Shown in pieces: positions 61,220 through 64,000 of a stretch of DNA of 64,000 nt. The position numbers and the translations under genes are program-made. Source of the stretch: a virus; the IMG/VR virus record IMGVR_UViG_3300024981_000245; one strand, written 5' to 3'. Numbering within the stretch: the stretch's first letter is position 1; every line of letters begins with the position of its first letter. The notes beneath the pieces are model-generated. The model searched no databases. It was not told where the DNA came from and saw nothing but the letters and a program-made list of their open reading frames with translations.

Positions 61220-64000
61220 CCTTTCCGATTAGTGGACTGATTGGATTTGCTGGCTAGGCAGGACTCGAACCTGCGACCTTGGAGTTAACGGCCCCCCGCT
61301 CTGCCATCTGAGCTACTAGCCATTGTGCGCGTTGACCAGTCGCGCCCCTGGTCGGGTCAGAAGCCCTTGCCGGCGCCGACGGCCGCCTGCTGGAGGCGGA
61401 GCTGCGCGATCGCCACGGGATCAGCCCCGTCCACGACGGTGGCGATCTTGGCGTCGTCCAGGCCGAGAGCGATGAGCTGTGCGGCCTGTGCCTTCTGCGC
61501 ATCGTTCAGCGCGGCGGGGAAGGCGTCGGGAGCCTTGGCCTCTGCGCCGCCGCCGAGCAGGGCGTCGACGGGCGAGCCCTTGACGATCTCGTACTTGAAG
61601 AGCTTCGGCGCGAAGCCCTTCTGCGGCTTGGGTCCGTCACCGATGTACGTCGCCGTGAAGGTGTCGCCGACCGCCGGCGCGCCCTTGGCGAGACGGCTTG
61701 CCTCGCGCAGTGCCTTGATCTTCTCGCCCCACGCGTTGATGTAGATAGCGCGCACGCCATCGTCATCCTCGTCGAGGCGCTCGGTCGTCTGGATGTTGAT
61801 GACGGCCTGCTTCTTCGGGTTGCCATCGTCCCAGAACTCGGGCTTGCCAGTGTCGAAGTTGGTCGCCTGACGGGTCTCCGCGCTCGTCACGATGCCCGTG
61901 TACGAGTCGCCGATCTTCTCGAACTTGGCCGTCTTGCCGCCGCCCGCGAGGAGGGCGTCGAGGGTGTCATTGCTCATTTCTGATCTCCTTGATCTCTCGT
62001 TCTTCCTTGGTTCACCCTCTAGACGCCGAGCAGCGCTTCGAGGGAGTCTGTGTTCCCGGCCGTTTCGGACCAGTCGGGATACTTCTTGCAGTTGAAGCAA
62101 TCGGGGTCACGCGGCAAGCCGCTGATCCAGTCGTCGCGCTCTTCGATTGTCGAGAAGGCGCGGATGTCGGCGACGATGCTCTCGGCGCGGTCAAGCGCTT
62201 CAAGCGCAATAAGGGGCTGGAAATCCTCTTCCCACCAGTAGCCCTGGCGAAGCGTCATGGCGTTGCGGGGCATGTACCAAACGGCAACGCGATGCACCTC
62301 ACGGCCAGCGCGGAGATGCCCCAATCCGTAGCTGTGCCCCTGGGTGCGGTACTGCGGGCTCGGGCCACGCTTAGCTTTGCGCAGGGTCGTGGCGCCGACG
62401 ATCTTGAAATCGACCGATGTCCCGGTGGGGATGTGGAAGAGGTCTGCCGTTCCGGGAAGATCACGACCCGCAAGCTTGCCAACGGAAACGCGAGTCTCCG
62501 TAAGCCAGTCGGGCAGGGGCTCGAAGACGCGCTCGAGCTGCGCGTGCATGGCGGTGCCAATGTACGGCAGCCACGCCGCCTCGGGCTGCTGTTCCCATCC
62601 AGCCAATTTCGCCGCGACACAATGCAGGCACGCAGATCCGATCTCTGAGGGACCTATGTGCTCCTGGAGGTTTCGCGGCTGCTGCATCATGGCCTGCTCG
62701 ACAATGTCGATGGCGAGATCGTAGACGGGATACTTGCTCACGGGTTCCGAGCCTCTCGGGCTCGTGCTCGGCGCAACTGCTCTGGTGTTGCATGGCCGCC
62801 CTTGATGCACCGCTCATCGAATGCGCGCTCTTCGTAGGCGGTGCGAACCATGTAGTCAATCTCTTCTGGAATGAAGCCGTGTGCAAGCATGCGAGCGCCA
62901 ATGCCGAGGGCTCGCACCGCATCGTCAGGGCGTAGACCGAGCTGCTCGGCGACTTGTTCGAGTTTGACGGTCATCCTGGCTGCTCTCCTGAGATGCAAAG
63001 CGGGTTGATGCAGTCCCACCACGAAAGCGTTGTGGTCGCCGGGACCATGAGGGCGCGGCACGCGGGGCAAAGAACGCCGTACTCGAGGGCCTCTTCGAGG
63101 AGGGTATCCCGGCCGATCGGCGCGATCGAGAGCGGAGCATTGATGGTCATGGCTTCAGCTCCCCCTTCTCGTGATCCCAGTAGCAGCCGGGTTCGCGGTA
63201 TTTGTTCAGCTCAGGGTCATCCGGCCATGTGCACAGCGGGCCCGGCTCGTGCTTGACAAGGTCCGGTCGGCAATCCTCGACCCAGTGCCGCTTGCCGTTG
63301 AACTCGTAGTCGTCATGCGTCAAGTCCTGCCCACAGAAGTGGCAGCGGTGATCGGCGTAGTTGCAGCGGTCACAGATCTCGTAGTACGGCAGGCCGGAAT
63401 CCGGCTCGATGTCGCCTGAACGGATGGGCATCAAGACACCTTCACGCTCGGGCTTGTCTCGACTTCATACTTCTTCAGCTCAATCGGCGAGAAGTGCTCC
63501 CGAACTGCGGGGACGTTGATGACCGGCTTGAAAAGATGAGGGTACTGCGTGACCGGAAAGCGCTCCTCGAGGCGCTTGGTGTCCAGGCGGCGCGACGTGG
63601 AGATGCTGACTGTCCAGTCGCCAGCCTCCGTCTTGCCCATTGGGGTGTTCTCGATGATCTGCGCGATGAGGGCTGCTTCCTCGGACTTGAGATCCTCGAT
63701 GCGACCCCGGACGGTCGCGAGCCGTGCTGCGGCTTCTGCCCTGTTGAACGTTGTGGTGGCAGTGGTCATTGCCTTCTCCTCTCCTTGGCTCCCTGGTTGG
63801 TGGTGGTTACCACCGTACCAGGATTAGTGGACTAATTCTGTAGTTGGGGTGCGGTGCACGAAGCACCCCAAGATGTAGTGGTCGAAGACGGGGACACCGC
63901 TGTCCCCTACGCCCTCCTTCTGCGCTTGTACCCCATCTGCGTGCTCCTCCTTACGATTAGTGGGCAGTTCTGACGCGTCTAACTCTACGCATTCAGGCCA
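59688..64000. repeat. Exact repeat of window bases 1-4313 (wrap-around of a 59,687-bp circular contig)
   Basis: ttgtagacc... at 59688 matches base 1; all ORFs recur at +59687; window ends at the equivalent of 4313. Confidence 0.98.

Noticed and set aside
59688-64000. Biological direct terminal repeat
   Set aside because: It starts inside prim-pol and stops exactly at the window edge

Overview
The window holds a complete, circularly assembled temperate siphovirus genome of 59,687 bp; bases 59688-64000 repeat bases 1-4313 exactly. The host is probably an actinobacterium, likely Microbacteriaceae, inferred from high GC, WhiB, NrdH, TANNNT promoters and an actinobacterial LexA box. Layout: a leftward early/replication arm (primase-polymerase/helicase, tRNA-Asn, SSB, Cas4-like exonuclease, WhiB, Dam-type methylase, SF2 helicase, short beta-clamp-like protein). 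It is followed by an AT-rich non-coding island and a rightward arm of small genes. Then come terS, Endo VII, terL, portal, protease/scaffold and capsid. An attP-int-xis cassette sits between head and tail genes, followed by two tandem tail-tube paralogues, a surface-glycan island with a second tyrosine recombinase, frameshifted tail chaperones, tape measure, minor tails and lysis genes. The main finding is a candidate non-canonical lysis/lysogeny switch. A 12-bp quasi-palindrome, TTAG(T/C)GG(A/G)CTAA, occurs 17 times exactly and 6 more times as TTAG-N4-CTAA variants, almost always inside a sigma-A-type core promoter, and many of those promoters are leaderless. I recognised no cI-like repressor. 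Instead, a monocistronic orphan DndB/DGQHR (ParB-fold) gene carries the motif at its own start site, and the divergent 60-aa gene has a perfect LexA box over its promoter. Working model (inference, untested): the DGQHR protein is the genome-wide immunity repressor, and the SOS-induced 60-aa protein is its antirepressor. All calls come from reading the sequence and motifs by eye; no database searches were run.
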